From contig JANRLD010000038.1 in NCBI GenBank assembly GCA_033762915.1, positions 1 through 55,340 on the forward strand: DNA of 55,340 bases, in the 5' to 3' direction. The DNA is from Meiothermus sp. (GTDB taxonomy: Bacteria; Deinococcota; Deinococci; Deinococcales; Thermaceae). Both the position numbers and the translations under genes were made by a program. The notes below the pieces were generated by a model. The model made no database searches, was not told the DNA's origin, and saw only the letters and a program-made list of their open reading frames with translations. Positions 42,274 through 52,830 of the stretch are shown piece by piece; the first letter of the stretch is position 1, and every line of letters begins with the position of its first letter.

Positions 42274-42459
42274 CTATGCCACCAGGCGGGCCATCCCGGC
42301 CACCGCAAACAGCCCGGCCAGCACCCAGGCCCCGTAGGCGTAGCGCTTGTCGGCGGCATCCTGGGCCGCCATCACCCAGATCAGCAGCCCCACGAGCGCG
42401 GCACCCGCAGCCAAGGTGAACAGCATTTGGGGTAGGTAGCTGAGAACGGTGATGAACAT
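42274..42459 (-). CDS. Small 2-TM membrane protein
   Basis: 61 aa with two hydrophobic helices. Confidence 0.55.
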   Translation of the reverse strand: MFITVLSYLPQMLFTLAAGAALVGLLIWVMAAQDAADKRYAYGAWVLAGLFAVAGMARLVA

Positions 42460-42558
42460 TAGACCCCTTGCGCCATTCTGCCCCAAGCCTCGAGGCGCGT
42501 GTGTGCGGCGTGCTCCGATTGCCGGGCGGCTCTGCCGTAGGCGGCGGCCAGGGGCCGC

Positions 42559-44526
42559 CTACGGCTTCAACAACTGCTTCACCGCCGCCGCCACGTTCGC
42601 CACGTTAAAGCCCAGCTTGTCGTACACCACGCCGCCCGGTGCGCTGGCCCCGAAGCGGTCGAGGCCGATGGACAGGTGGGCATAGCGCGCCCAGCCGATG
42701 GTGGTACCGGCCTCCAGGGACAGGGTGGGGAGCGACCTGGGGAGGATGCCCTGGCGGTAGGTCTCGGGCTGGGCCTCGAAGGCCTCCCAGCAAGGCAGGC
42801 TGACCACCCGCACCGCGATACCCTCGGCAGCCAGCGCCGCCTTCGCCTCGAGCGCCAGCGAAACCTCGGAGCCGGTGGCCACGATTGCGGCCTTGGCCTC
42901 GGGGGCGTTGGAGAGGATATAGCCGCCCCGCGCCACCCCACCGGGCTTGACCTCGGCCAGGGTGGGGAGGGCCTGGCGGGTGAGGATCAGGGCGGTGGGG
43001 CCGGAGGTGTGCTCGAGGGCCATCTTCCAGGCCACGGCGGTTTCGGCGGCGTCCGCCGGTCGGATCACCCGCAGGTTGGGGATCGTCCGCAGGGCCATCA
43101 CGTGTTCTACGGGCTGGTGGGTGGGGCCGTCCTCCCCGACCGCAATAGAGTCGTGGGTGAAGACGAATACGGTGGGGATGCCCATGATGGCGGCCATGCG
43201 GAGGGTCGGGCGCATGTAGTCGGAAAAGACCAGGAAGGTCCCGCCGTAGGGGCGCAGGCCGCCATGGAGGGTCATGCCGTTCATGGCCGCCCCCATGCCG
43301 TGCTCGCGCACCCCGTAGCGCAGGTAGCGCCCGCCCCGGTTGGCGGGGCTGTAGTCGGTCATGTCGGGGGTGCGGGTGTTGTTGGAGGGGGTCAGATCGG
43401 CAGAGCCGCCCACCAGCTCGGGCACCGCGGGCACCAGCTTCTCGAGCACCTTGCCCGAGGCGGCACGGGTCGCAAGCTTCTCGCCCGCCGCAAAGTTGGG
43501 GAGCAGGGCCTCGAGGTTCTCCGGGAGCCTGCGGGCGGCCCGCCGCTCGTACTCGGCGGCCTTCTCGGGGTTGGCGGACTTGAAGGCCGCATAGCGGTCG
43601 TTCCAGGCTTTCTGGGCGGCCTCACCTGCCGGGACGGCCCGCTGGTAGTCGGCGTAGACCTCGGCGGGGATCTCGAAGGGGGCGTAGTTCCAGCCCAAGG
43701 TCTGGCGGGTAGCGGCGACCTTCTCGGCCCCCATAGCGTCGGAGTGGGCCTTGTGGTGGCCCGCCAGCGGCGAACCGAAGCCGATCACCGAGCGCACCGA
43801 GATCAGGCTGGGACGGGGGTCGGCCTGGGCGGCCTTGAGGGCGGTGCGGATGCCCTCGAGGTCCTCGCCGTGAACGTCGCGGATAACCTGCCAGCCGTAC
43901 GACTCGTAGCGGGCCATGCGGTCTTCGGTGAAGGCCAGATCGGTGTTGCCGTCGATGGACACGTCGTTATCGTCGTAGAGCACGATCAGCTTCCCCAGCT
44001 CGAGGTGGCCGGCCAGGCTGCTGGCCTCCGAGGCCACGCCCTCCATCAGGTCGCCGTCGGAGGCGATGACGTAGGTGTGGTGATCGACGATGTCGCCGAA
44101 CTCCGCGGCCAGCATGGTCTCGGCGATGGCCATCCCCACGGCGGTGGAGATGCCCTGGCCCAGCGGCCCGGTGGTCGTCTCCACGCCCATGAAGTGGTGG
44201 TACTCGTACTCGGGGTGGCCCGGGGTCTTGGAGCCCCACTGGCGGAAGTTCTTGAGTTCTTCGAGCTCGAGGGGGTAGCCGCTCAGGTGCAGCAGCGCGT
44301 ACAGCAGCATCGAGCCGTGGCCCGCCGAGAGCACGAAGCGGTCGCGGTCGGCCCAGAGGGGGTCTTTGGGGTTGTGCTTAAGGAACTCCGTCCACAGCAC
44401 GAAGGCGGCGGGGGCCATCCCCATCGGCATCCCGGCGTGGCCGCTCTTGGCCTTCTCCACCGCGTCGAGCGCGAGCATGCGGACGGCGTTGATGGAAAGC
44501 GTGCTAATTTCTTTAATCTCCGTCAT
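42559..44526 (-). CDS. tkt: Transketolase
   Basis: [61 protein letters not shown]. Confidence 0.97.
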   Translation of the reverse strand: MTEIKEISTLSINAVRMLALDAVEKAKSGHAGMPMGMAPAAFVLWTEFLKHNPKDPLWADRDRFVLSAGHGSMLLYALLHLSGYPLELEELKNFRQWGSKTPGHPEYEYHHFMGVETTTGPLGQGISTAVGMAIAETMLAAEFGDIVDHHTYVIASDGDLMEGVASEASSLAGHLELGKLIVLYDDNDVSIDGNTDLAFTEDRMARYESYGWQVIRDVHGEDLEGIRTALKAAQADPRPSLISVRSVIGFGSPLAGHHKAHSDAMGAEKVAATRQTLGWNYAPFEIPAEVYADYQRAVPAGEAAQKAWNDRYAAFKSANPEKAAEYERRAARRLPENLEALLPNFAAGEKLATRAASGKVLEKLVPAVPELVGGSADLTPSNNTRTPDMTDYSPANRGGRYLRYGVREHGMGAAMNGMTLHGGLRPYGGTFLVFSDYMRPTLRMAAIMGIPTVFVFTHDSIAVGEDGPTHQPVEHVMALRTIPNLRVIRPADAAETAVAWKMALEHTSGPTALILTRQALPTLAEVKPGGVARGGYILSNAPEAKAAIVATGSEVSLALEAKAALAAEGIAVRVVSLPCWEAFEAQPETYRQGILPRSLPTLSLEAGTTIGWARYAHLSIGLDRFGASAPGGVVYDKLGFNVANVAAAVKQLLKP

Positions 44527-44641
44527 AACCCCGCCATCATAACGCCTGAGGTTGAGGCCAAACTAAGCGTCTGGGCCGGGTGCAAAATTTGCCTTGGACT
44601 TGTCTTTCTCTTCGCCGGCTTTCGCCCCTGGCCGTCGGGGC

Positions 44642-45085
44642 TCAGCGATTCGGCTCGCCGGGCCGGGGGGATACCGCACACCCCGGGCCTGTCCCCCAAA
44701 ACGGGGAGTAGCTGAACGGGCCGAACCTCGAGGGGTCATCCTCCGGTCGCACCGTCAGCTTGGGGCTGTAGCTGGGGCCCTCGGCACGGTGTATGGGATG
44801 GCGCAGGTGAACCTGGCGCTCACCGATGCGCTCGAGCTCGTCCAATCCCAGCCGCCGGCGGCGACACCAGCCCCACAGCCCCCCGCAGACGATCTCGAAC
44901 TGGCTGACCCGGCGCTCGTCGAGGTCGGCCAGTAGCTCTGCCACCCGCCCGACCCGAAAGCCCCTCGAGTCCACCACCCAGCGGCCCCGGATGTCCTCAG
45001 CAGGGTCGGCAAGGCGCAGGTTGGTCTTTGCCAGCGGGACGAGCCGACCCGCCCCCTGGGGACTCGGCTTAAGGTTTGGGCTCAT
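44642..45085 (-). CDS. PRC-barrel domain protein
   Basis: LADPAEDIRGRWVVDSRG.RVG.V.ELL.D. Confidence 0.75.
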   Translation of the reverse strand: MSPNLKPSPQGAGRLVPLAKTNLRLADPAEDIRGRWVVDSRGFRVGRVAELLADLDERRVSQFEIVCGGLWGWCRRRRLGLDELERIGERQVHLRHPIHRAEGPSYSPKLTVRPEDDPSRFGPFSYSPFWGTGPGCAVSPRPGEPNR

Positions 45086-45416
45086 CCCGGTACTCTGCCG
45101 TTTCGGGCTGTACCGCCACTGTTACACGACTGATGCCCAGCGCACGTGCCCCGACCGCCGAAGCCGTCCAAAGCTTAGGAGAAGCCGGCCCATCGGGCCA
45201 GTCAGGCTCGAGTCGGCCTCCGCGCACCGGTGCCTAAGTCTGGACGCCCCGGCTGAGCCCTGCGGACGACGCAGAACAGCCGGGGTGGCCTTGGGGCTGG
45301 GAAACGCCGCCGGTGTCCCTGCCCGCCGCCCACCTGCGCCATGAAAGCCGAACCCAGGGGTAGGCCCGGTGGGGTCTGACCCCTCGAGCCGCCGGTTTTT
45401 GGTTATCCTGCTCGAG

Positions 45417-46499
45417 ATGAGTTCGCGACGAACCACCCGCCGCCCGCGCCGCCGGGGTGACTTTGTTCTGGTCTTTGTGCTGCTGGTCGGGCTGGTGGGG
45501 TACTGGGCCTGGTACACCTGGTTTCGGCCAGCCCAGACCGTTTACACCAGCTCGGGCGGCCTCGAGCTGTACCTCCCCCCCGAACAGGGGCAGGCCACCA
45601 AGCAGCGCCTCCTGGGGCTGATCCGCGGCGCACGTGCCCAAATCGAGGTAGCGGCCTTCGAACTCGACGATCTCGAGCTGGGCCAGGCCCTGCGGGAGGC
45701 CGCAGCCCGGGGTGTGCGGGTGCGGATGTTCAACGACGATAACTACCGTCGCGAGACCCGCCTCAGCCTTTCGGCCCGCTCCACCAGCCGCGCCCGCTGC
45801 GAGACATTGGTGCGCCTCGAGGTCTGCTACGACAGCCGCGACAACGCCCTTATGCACCACAAGTTCGTGGTAGTGGACGGGCTGGGGGTCTGGACGGGCT
45901 CCGCCAACCTGACCTGGAACGCCTTCGAGCGCAACAACGAGAACAGCCTCTGGATCCCCAGTCCGGAGCTGGCCCGGCTCTACCGGGCCGAGTTCGACGC
46001 GATTTTTGGCGGGCAGGAGCAAGGGCTGGGCCGCTCTGAGCGCTTTCAGGTCGGCACCACCGAGGGCACCGTCTACTTCACCCCGGCGGGCGGGCGAGAG
46101 GCGCGGGGGGCCATCCTCGAGCGCATCAAGCGGGCCAACCGCGAAATCTGGGTCGCCGCCTTCGTACTCACCGACAGCCGCGTGATCGAGGCCCTCAACC
46201 AGGCCCACGCCAGGGGGGTGCGGGTGCGGGCCGTGCTGGACGCCCGCAACCTCGAGAGCTCCAACGAGGAGGCCCTGATCCGGGCCGGCATCGACGCCCG
46301 CAAGGACGGCAACCCCTACACCATGCACGACAAGGTGATGGCCATAGACAATGAGTATGTGGTCACCGGCAGCTACAACTTCTCCAACTCCGGCTTCGGA
46401 CGCAACAACGAGAACTTGCTGATCCTGCGCGACCCCGCCCTGGCCGAGCGGTACACCCGAAACGTGGAGGGGATGTGGCGGATCGGGACCAGGATGTGA
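45417..46499 (+). CDS. Membrane-anchored phospholipase D / nuclease family protein (2 HKD motifs)
   Basis: HHKFVVVD..TGSAN and HDKVMAID..TGSYN; N-terminal TM; TATCCT 7 nt before ATG. Confidence 0.9.
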   Translation: MSSRRTTRRPRRRGDFVLVFVLLVGLVGYWAWYTWFRPAQTVYTSSGGLELYLPPEQGQATKQRLLGLIRGARAQIEVAAFELDDLELGQALREAAARGVRVRMFNDDNYRRETRLSLSARSTSRARCETLVRLEVCYDSRDNALMHHKFVVVDGLGVWTGSANLTWNAFERNNENSLWIPSPELARLYRAEFDAIFGGQEQGLGRSERFQVGTTEGTVYFTPAGGREARGAILERIKRANREIWVAAFVLTDSRVIEALNQAHARGVRVRAVLDARNLESSNEEALIRAGIDARKDGNPYTMHDKVMAIDNEYVVTGSYNFSNSGFGRNNENLLILRDPALAERYTRNVEGMWRIGTRM

Positions 46500-46879
46500 C
46501 CCCTTCAGGGCCCCCGGCTGGACCTCGACGAGCCCCAAACCTCCGGTCCGGGACCACCCCGGCTGGACGAACCTCCCGACCTGCGAACCGCTCAGCTCAG
46601 CCACTTGAGCAAACGGGGTCTCCGGCAGGCGATAGACCTTCGTGCGCGGGCAGTGTAGAAGGCGCGGCGAAAGGTCACGGTAAACCCGTCCGCCTCTTTA
46701 CGAGGCCCAAAGAGTTGCTGCTGGGGTGCGGCTTGCCACCTCCACACGACCGCTGGGAGGCGCGCCGGGGGCCGCGCGGGCTCAGTTCAAAACCAAGTCC
46801 ACCCCGCCCCACAAATGGTATAAGCTGTAGCGCCCCTCTGATCCTCTCCGCCCCGCCGTTCCCCTCTTACCTGCTTCCC

Positions 46880-47452
46880 ATGCCCCTCCCCACCCTGATC
46901 CTCGCCTCCCAGTCTCCCCGCCGCGCCGAGCTGCTCGGCAGGCTTTCCCTTCCGTTCATCGCCGTTCCGGCCGACATTGACGAGGACCGCCTGGGACACC
47001 TCGAGCCCGGCGATCTGGCCCGCACCCTGGCCGCCGAGAAGGCTCGAGCCGTCGGCAGGGCGGGCCAGTGGGTGCTGGCCGCCGACACCGTGGTGGCGCT
47101 GGGCCACCAGCTCCTCGCCAAGCCCCGCGACAAGGCCGAGAACCGGGTCTTTCTCGAGCACCTCTCTGGCCGCACCCACACCGTCTTCACCGGATTCGCC
47201 ATCCAGACCCCTGGCGGCACCGTTCACAGCCAGTTGGCCGAGGCCGCGGTGACCTTCCGCAGGCTCTCGCAGTGGGAACTCGACTGGTATAGCCAGAGCG
47301 GCGAAGGGCTGGACAAGGCCGGAGGGTACGGCGCTCAGGGCCTGGGGATGGTGCTCCTGGATAAAATTGACGGCGACTTCTACACCGTGATGGGCCTGCC
47401 GGTCAGCCGGGTCTGGCAGGCTTTACACGAACTGGGATATTTTTCAGGATAG
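46880..47452 (+). CDS. maf: Maf family nucleotide pyrophosphatase
   Basis: LILASQSPRR.ELL, AADTVV, KP, DKAGGYG.QG, VMGLP. Confidence 0.93.
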   Translation: MPLPTLILASQSPRRAELLGRLSLPFIAVPADIDEDRLGHLEPGDLARTLAAEKARAVGRAGQWVLAADTVVALGHQLLAKPRDKAENRVFLEHLSGRTHTVFTGFAIQTPGGTVHSQLAEAAVTFRRLSQWELDWYSQSGEGLDKAGGYGAQGLGMVLLDKIDGDFYTVMGLPVSRVWQALHELGYFSG

Positions 47453-47578
47453 ACTGAATGGATTTGTGATGTGCAAATCAGAGACCCACCACGAAAGAGA
47501 GCAACAACGCGTGAGCCATGAGTTCAAAGGCCCGAACAGGCGACCCCCCTACCACCGGGCGGGGCGCGGGAGGCCCGC

Positions 47579-48370
47579 ATGACCGACACCTTCATCCGCC
47601 GCACCATGCTGATCGCCCTGCTGGTGCTGGGGATGTTCGTGGCTACGGTCACACGGCAGTCGTCGCCCGCGCTGCCGGGGGAGTTCGCCGCCAACGTAGC
47701 CCCGCTGTTCGGCTGGTCTTACCGCCTCGGCCAGAACGCCCACGCGGCACTCTCGGCCGTTTTCGACCGGCGCGACCTGCGCGCCGAGCAGCGGGCCATG
47801 CAGGAGGAACTCGAGCAGCTCAAGCAGGAGAACCAGCGGCTCGAGATCGAGAACCGCCGCCTCCAAGCCACCCTGCGCGTCCAGGTGCAGCAGGGGCTGG
47901 GGGTGGTGGCCGTTGCCCCGGTGATTGACGACGACGCCTCCGGCCTCTACCGCCGGCTGATCCTGGGCATGGGCAGCCGCAACGGGCTGCGGGTGAGCAT
48001 GCCCGTGCGTACCGCCGACGGGCTGGTGGGGGTCATCACTGAGGTCACCCCCGATCGGGCCGTAGTGCGCACCCTGCTCGACCCGGAGTCGGTGGTGGCG
48101 GTGCGCTTCCCCAACAGTCCGGGGCGCGGGCAGGCCTTCGGTGCGCCGCCCAGGATGCTGCGGGTGGAGGTGGCCCCAGAAGCCAATGTCAAGGTGGGCG
48201 AGCGCATCTTCTCCGGGGCCTTGCAAGGCCTCTACCCGGCCGGCATCACCGTGGGCACCGTGACCGAGGTACAGCCCACCTCGCCGGGGGCCCTCAAGCG
48301 CATTCTGATGGTTCGGCCCGCCGTCCAGTTCTCCCTCCTCGACGAAGTCCAGGTGCTCCGCCCGCTCTAG
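47579..48370 (+). CDS. mreC: Rod shape-determining protein MreC
   Basis: TM plus coiled coil (ENxRL), GS.NG....MPV...GLVG.I, G.YP.GI.VG.V. Confidence 0.9.
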   Translation: MTDTFIRRTMLIALLVLGMFVATVTRQSSPALPGEFAANVAPLFGWSYRLGQNAHAALSAVFDRRDLRAEQRAMQEELEQLKQENQRLEIENRRLQATLRVQVQQGLGVVAVAPVIDDDASGLYRRLILGMGSRNGLRVSMPVRTADGLVGVITEVTPDRAVVRTLLDPESVVAVRFPNSPGRGQAFGAPPRMLRVEVAPEANVKVGERIFSGALQGLYPAGITVGTVTEVQPTSPGALKRILMVRPAVQFSLLDEVQVLRPL

Positions 48371-48382
48371 CCCCATTCCCCT

Positions 48383-48862
48383 ATGCGTTTTGTCCTGGTC
48401 ATCCTGCTGGCCTTCCTGGCCCAAGGCTTCCTCTCGGGCCTGCTGGGCGATGCCCTGGCCCCGCCCGACCTCATCTACCTGGGCGCCCTCCTGCTGATCT
48501 CCTCGGTACACCCGCTGGTGGGGCTGCCCCTGGCATTCGCCCTCGGAATCCTGCAAGACCTGCTCTCCACGGGCTACCCCGGGCTGCACGCGGTCGGGCT
48601 GCTCTGCGCCGCCTACGTCTTCTACCGGCTGACTCGAGTGGTTCACTGGGACGAACTGGCCGGGCAGCTCATCATCCTTGGCGGCAGCTTCGTGGCCAAG
48701 TGGCTGGGCATGCTCCTAATCGGCCTGTGGCTGCGCACCTTCGAGCTTAACCCTCTCACCCTGTGGCCGGTTATCCTGAGCGAGTTTTTGCTGACGGTGC
48801 TGCTCGCGCCGTTCATCATCTCGCTGTATCACGGAATTTTCGGGGTGACCAGAAATGAGTAA
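48383..48862 (+). CDS. mreD: Rod shape-determining protein MreD
   Basis: Hydrophobic 159 aa with PDL and G.LQDLL; directly follows mreC. Confidence 0.85.
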   Translation: MRFVLVILLAFLAQGFLSGLLGDALAPPDLIYLGALLLISSVHPLVGLPLAFALGILQDLLSTGYPGLHAVGLLCAAYVFYRLTRVVHWDELAGQLIILGGSFVAKWLGMLLIGLWLRTFELNPLTLWPVILSEFLLTVLLAPFIISLYHGIFGVTRNE

Positions 48863-49010
48863 AGGGAGGTCGGGGATCGGGGGCCGGGGGTCGTTGAGTC
48901 ACGTCTGGCCCGTGGCCTTTGGCCTTTGGACGCCCCACCCGCCGCAGGCCTCGAGCCCCGCGCAGCCAATACCGACCCCCGGCCCCTCTTTGCTGCTCAC
49001 CGCCCTATGA
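48855..49010 (+). other. 51-codon spacer ORF coupling mreD to mrdA
   Basis: ATG within the mreD end (ATGAGTAA); open frame to TGA 49008-49010 overlapping ATG 49007; contains heptamer arrays and an inverted repeat. Confidence 0.45.
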
Positions 49011-50782
49011 ACGTCCGTGTTTGGCTAATGCTCGGCCTGATCTACGCCGTGTTCGTGGTCTTTGGGGTGCGGTTGTGGCAGTTGCAAGTGGTGCAGTACC
49101 AGCAGTTCGCCACCCGCAGCCAGGGCAACTACCTGCGCACCGAGAGCACCCTGGCCCCTAGGGGGCGCATCCTCGACCGCAACGGGGTGGTGCTGGCCTC
49201 CAACCGGCTGGCCGTAGACCTGGTGTACCGGGGCGGGGATGTGCTGTTCAAGGAGCGGATTCTGGCCGTCACCGGCCTGCGGGCCTTCCCCGAGGTGGGG
49301 CGCGAGCCGGTGAAGCTGATGGAGAACGTGCCCGAGCAGCTGGTGCCCACGCTGGGGGAGCTGACGGCGGGCGAGCCCAACCTGCGGCTGGTCGAGCGGG
49401 TGGAGCGGGTTTACCCCAACCCCATCTCGGGGCCGGTGATCGGCTACACCGGGCTGCCCAGCCAGGAGCAGGTGGTTGGACAGGACTACGAGCCGGAGGA
49501 GCTGATAGGGGCCAGCGGCCTCGAGGCGGCCCTCGAGAATCAGCTGCGGGGGCGCAAGGGGCTTCAGCTTGTTGAGGTGAACGCGCGCGGCCAGCGCATT
49601 CGGATCGACGAGCAGCGCCCACCGGTGGCCGGGCCGGACGTGCGGCTGACCATCGACCTTAAGCTCCAGCGGGCTGCCGAGCAAGCCCTGAAGGAGGGAC
49701 TGGCCGACGTGAACCGGCTTAGGGTGAAGAACCGGCAGCCCCTCGAGACGGTTGCGCGCGGGGCCATCGTGGCCCTCGACCCGCGCACCGGCGAGGTGCT
49801 GGCCATGGCCACCAACCCCGGCTTCGACCCCAACCTCTTCGGGCGTCGGCCCCGCCCCAGCGAGCAGCTCGCAGCACTGTTCCGCGACAAAAACCGCCCC
49901 ACCCTCAACCGCGCCATCTCGGCCTTCCCGCCCGGCTCGACCTACAAGCTCTCGAGTTCGTCGATGTTCCTCGAGCAAGGCTACGTGACCACCGGCACCG
50001 CCTACCGCTGTAGCTCGGCGATCCCCTTCGGCGGGCGCTTGTTCCGCAACTGGTTCCGGGGTGACATGGGGATGTTCACGGTGGAGGAGGCCATCGCCCA
50101 GAGCTGCAACACCTGGTATTACCAGGTCGCCAAGACCGACCCCTTCGGCATCCCCGACAAGCTCCATAGCCGCTCGCTGCAGCTGGGGCTGGGCCGGGCG
50201 ACAGGCCTCGAGATCTCCGAGTCGGAGGGCCTGATCCCCACCATCGCCTGGAAGCGCCAGGCCGTCCGCCGCGACCCCAAGTGGTACGCGGGCGAGACCC
50301 TTAGCCTGGTAATCGGGCAGGGCTACAACCTCACCACCCCTGCCCAGATCGCCAGAATGCTCACCACCATCGCCAACGGCGGCCGTCAGCCCAGCCTGCA
50401 CCTGGTGCGTCAGATCGGGGTTTTAGAGGTCAACCACAGCATCACCCAGGTGTCCGGCCGCCACTGGGCCGAACTCCAGCAGGGCATGCGCCGCACCGTC
50501 AACTGGGGCACCTCGAGGCACGTCCTGGGGCCGGACAAGTTCCCCGTCCCCACCGCCGGCAAGACCGGCACCGCCCAGAACGAGGGCGGGTTCGGGCGCG
50601 AGCACAGCTGGTACATGGGCTACGGCCCCGTCAACGACGCCGGGCAGTTCGTCGGCGGTCGCCCCCCACTGGTGGTGGTGGCCTTCTTCGAGAACGGCAC
50701 CGAGGGCAGCGGGGTAGCGCTCCCGGCGACCCGCAAGGTCATGGCGGCCTACTGGGGCGTGGAGCCGCCGCAAAGCCCGTAG
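49007..50782 (+). CDS. mrdA: Penicillin-binding protein 2 (class B transpeptidase)
   Basis: APRGRILDRNG, STYK, SCN, KTGTAQ; follows mreCD. Confidence 0.9.
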   Translation: MNVRVWLMLGLIYAVFVVFGVRLWQLQVVQYQQFATRSQGNYLRTESTLAPRGRILDRNGVVLASNRLAVDLVYRGGDVLFKERILAVTGLRAFPEVGREPVKLMENVPEQLVPTLGELTAGEPNLRLVERVERVYPNPISGPVIGYTGLPSQEQVVGQDYEPEELIGASGLEAALENQLRGRKGLQLVEVNARGQRIRIDEQRPPVAGPDVRLTIDLKLQRAAEQALKEGLADVNRLRVKNRQPLETVARGAIVALDPRTGEVLAMATNPGFDPNLFGRRPRPSEQLAALFRDKNRPTLNRAISAFPPGSTYKLSSSSMFLEQGYVTTGTAYRCSSAIPFGGRLFRNWFRGDMGMFTVEEAIAQSCNTWYYQVAKTDPFGIPDKLHSRSLQLGLGRATGLEISESEGLIPTIAWKRQAVRRDPKWYAGETLSLVIGQGYNLTTPAQIARMLTTIANGGRQPSLHLVRQIGVLEVNHSITQVSGRHWAELQQGMRRTVNWGTSRHVLGPDKFPVPTAGKTGTAQNEGGFGREHSWYMGYGPVNDAGQFVGGRPPLVVVAFFENGTEGSGVALPATRKVMAAYWGVEPPQSP

Positions 50783-50813
50783 AACCGCTCTATTCTGGGG
50801 AATCGGACGCACT

Positions 50814-51848
50814 CTACCCGCGTCCGTCGTTGAGGTTGTACTTCATGATCCGGCCGTGGCGGCCTGCCTTGTCGCGCTCGAGGTCGAAGACGTCGCCCTC
50901 TGGCCCTTGGCGCCGGTTTCGGACGGCGGCAATCTCAGCCAGATCGGATGGGGAAAGCTCGAGGCTGGGAATCTCGAGGTTCGCCCGCAGGTGCCGGGCC
51001 GAAGTCGCCCCCACGATGGCGCCGCCCACCGCCTTCTGGTGCAGCACCCAGGACACCGCAACCTGAGCCAAGCCGGCCCCACGGCGCTGTCCAACCGCGC
51101 GGAGGGCCTCGAGCAACTCCTGAAACAGCCCCCAGCCCCCGAAGTCGTCGATGATGAGCTTGTATTTAGTCAGCGAGCGGTTCTCGAAGGTCTGGGCGGG
51201 CTCGGGCCGGCCCAGCCAGTTTTCCGACAAGAAGCCGCCCGCCAGCGAGCCATAGCACAGCAGGGCGACGCCCTGCTCGAGGCAGTAGCCCTGCATGGCG
51301 CGTTCGGCCCGGTCGTCCAGCACAGAAAACTGGACCTGGTTCGACACCACCGGGACCCCCGCTGCCACAATCTCGCCCAACCTCGCGGTGTTGAAGTTGG
51401 TCAGGCCGATATGGCGGATTTTGCCCAGGGACTGCAGGCGCTTGAGCTCGAGTGCCGCAGCCACATAGCCCGGAATCTCGGTGTTCCACCAGTGGAACTG
51501 CACCAGGTCCAGTGCCTCCACCCCCAGCCGCGCCCTCGAGCGGTCCACGATGCCCTCCACGTCGGCGGGAGTGAGCGAGCCCAGCTTGTCGTAGTCGGGC
51601 ACGAACTTGGTGTGGACCTGCACCCGCCCGGCCAGCTCCGGGTAGGCCCGGCGAAACTCCCCGATCAGCTCCTCGACCCCGGTATAGATGTCGGCACAGT
51701 CGAAGGTGGTGATGCCCGCCTCCACAAAGGCCGCCATATCCTCGATGGCCTGTCGGCGATCTACCGGCCCGTGCCCGCCCGCCAGATGCCAGCCGCCCTT
51801 GAGGAGCCTCGAGATGCGGTAGCCGGAGGCCAGCTCAAAGGTCTTCAT
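50814..51848 (-). CDS. Aldo/keto reductase
   Basis: GITTFDCADIY, LDLVQFHWW, GKIRHIGLTNF, SNQVQFS. Confidence 0.92.
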   Translation of the reverse strand: MKTFELASGYRISRLLKGGWHLAGGHGPVDRRQAIEDMAAFVEAGITTFDCADIYTGVEELIGEFRRAYPELAGRVQVHTKFVPDYDKLGSLTPADVEGIVDRSRARLGVEALDLVQFHWWNTEIPGYVAAALELKRLQSLGKIRHIGLTNFNTARLGEIVAAGVPVVSNQVQFSVLDDRAERAMQGYCLEQGVALLCYGSLAGGFLSENWLGRPEPAQTFENRSLTKYKLIIDDFGGWGLFQELLEALRAVGQRRGAGLAQVAVSWVLHQKAVGGAIVGATSARHLRANLEIPSLELSPSDLAEIAAVRNRRQGPEGDVFDLERDKAGRHGRIMKYNLNDGRG

Positions 51849-52188
51849 GGCCCTCCAGGGGGACCGCGGTGGTCTCGGCATGGCTGAAGCTGCGGGTGCC
51901 GGTGCGGGTGATGCGGAACTTGGAAGAGCAGTTGGGGTCGGGGCAGGCGATCAGGGCGTCGGTGGTCATCCAGTCGTGGGGGTGGGTGGGGCGCTGCTTG
52001 GCTGGCAGCAGCGGCAGCAGGGCAGCCAGGGTGTAGATCGACCAAGTCTGGTCCGCCGGGAACTTAAGGTGCTCGCCGTGCAGCTCAAAGTGGTCGCCGG
52101 GCTTGGCCTTGCAGTAGCAGGTCTCCCCCGCCACCCAGTCCACCCGCAAGTCGTATAGGGTGAAGGAATCTTCTTTGGGCTGGTTCAT
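51835..52188 (-). CDS. Small Cys-containing protein, TIGR04076-like
   Basis: C.C...GD.F, LP.LPAKQR and ACPDP motifs; overlaps the AKR start. Confidence 0.7.
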   Translation of the reverse strand: MNQPKEDSFTLYDLRVDWVAGETCYCKAKPGDHFELHGEHLKFPADQTWSIYTLAALLPLLPAKQRPTHPHDWMTTDALIACPDPNCSSKFRITRTGTRSFSHAETTAVPLEGHEDL

Positions 52189-52302
52189 AAAGGTGTGCAG
52201 CCATTGTATGCCTCGAGATGAACCGCGCCAACTCTGCGAGCCGAGCAAACCGACCTCGAGATGTACAATCTTGCGGTACTTCCCTCGGCTTCTTGGCTCA
52301 GC

Positions 52303-52743
52303 TCAAAACACCAGATCGTAGCGGTAAAACTGCACGTCCCTGGTCATCCCGAACTTCTCGTAGAGGGCCTGGGCGGTGTGGTTGTCGGTGGCCGTGCGCA
52401 GCCAGATGCGCTTGGCACCGTCGGCCCGGGCGAAGTCGGCGGCGGCCTCCATCAGCGCCCAGCCCACGCCCTTGCGCCGGGCGGCCGGGGTGGTGAAGAG
52501 GTCGTTAAGCAGCCAGACGTGGCCCAGCGCCACCGTGGACCAGTGATGGTAGAGCAGGGTGAAGCCCAGGTCCTCGGCACCCTCGCGGGCTAGAAACACC
52601 ACGCACTCGCCGTTAGCCAGCCGCTCCCGGAGGTAGGCCCGTACCGCATCCGGGTCGGAAGGCTGCTTGTAGAACTGGCGGTAGGCGTCCACCAGTGGAA
52701 CCAACGCCTCGAGGTCGTGCACGGTGGCCCGAAGGATGTTCAT
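52303..52743 (-). CDS. GNAT family N-acetyltransferase
   Basis: YRQFY, LNDLF..P.ARRKGVG, N.TAQALYEK.G. Confidence 0.9.
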   Translation of the reverse strand: MNILRATVHDLEALVPLVDAYRQFYKQPSDPDAVRAYLRERLANGECVVFLAREGAEDLGFTLLYHHWSTVALGHVWLLNDLFTTPAARRKGVGWALMEAAADFARADGAKRIWLRTATDNHTAQALYEKFGMTRDVQFYRYDLVF

Positions 52744-52830
52744 GGTGCCAATCTAAACCCCGGCTTAGGGGTTGAACAGGGCCACTCTGGCGTCGACCCG
52801 TCGGACCACTCCACGCCTTAGAATGACCCT

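Noticed and set aside
50797..50812. GGGGAATCGGACGCAC, a 15/16 match to the IS end at 112-127
   Set aside because: A single short match with no accompanying hairpin; expected by chance among all pairs in 55 kb.
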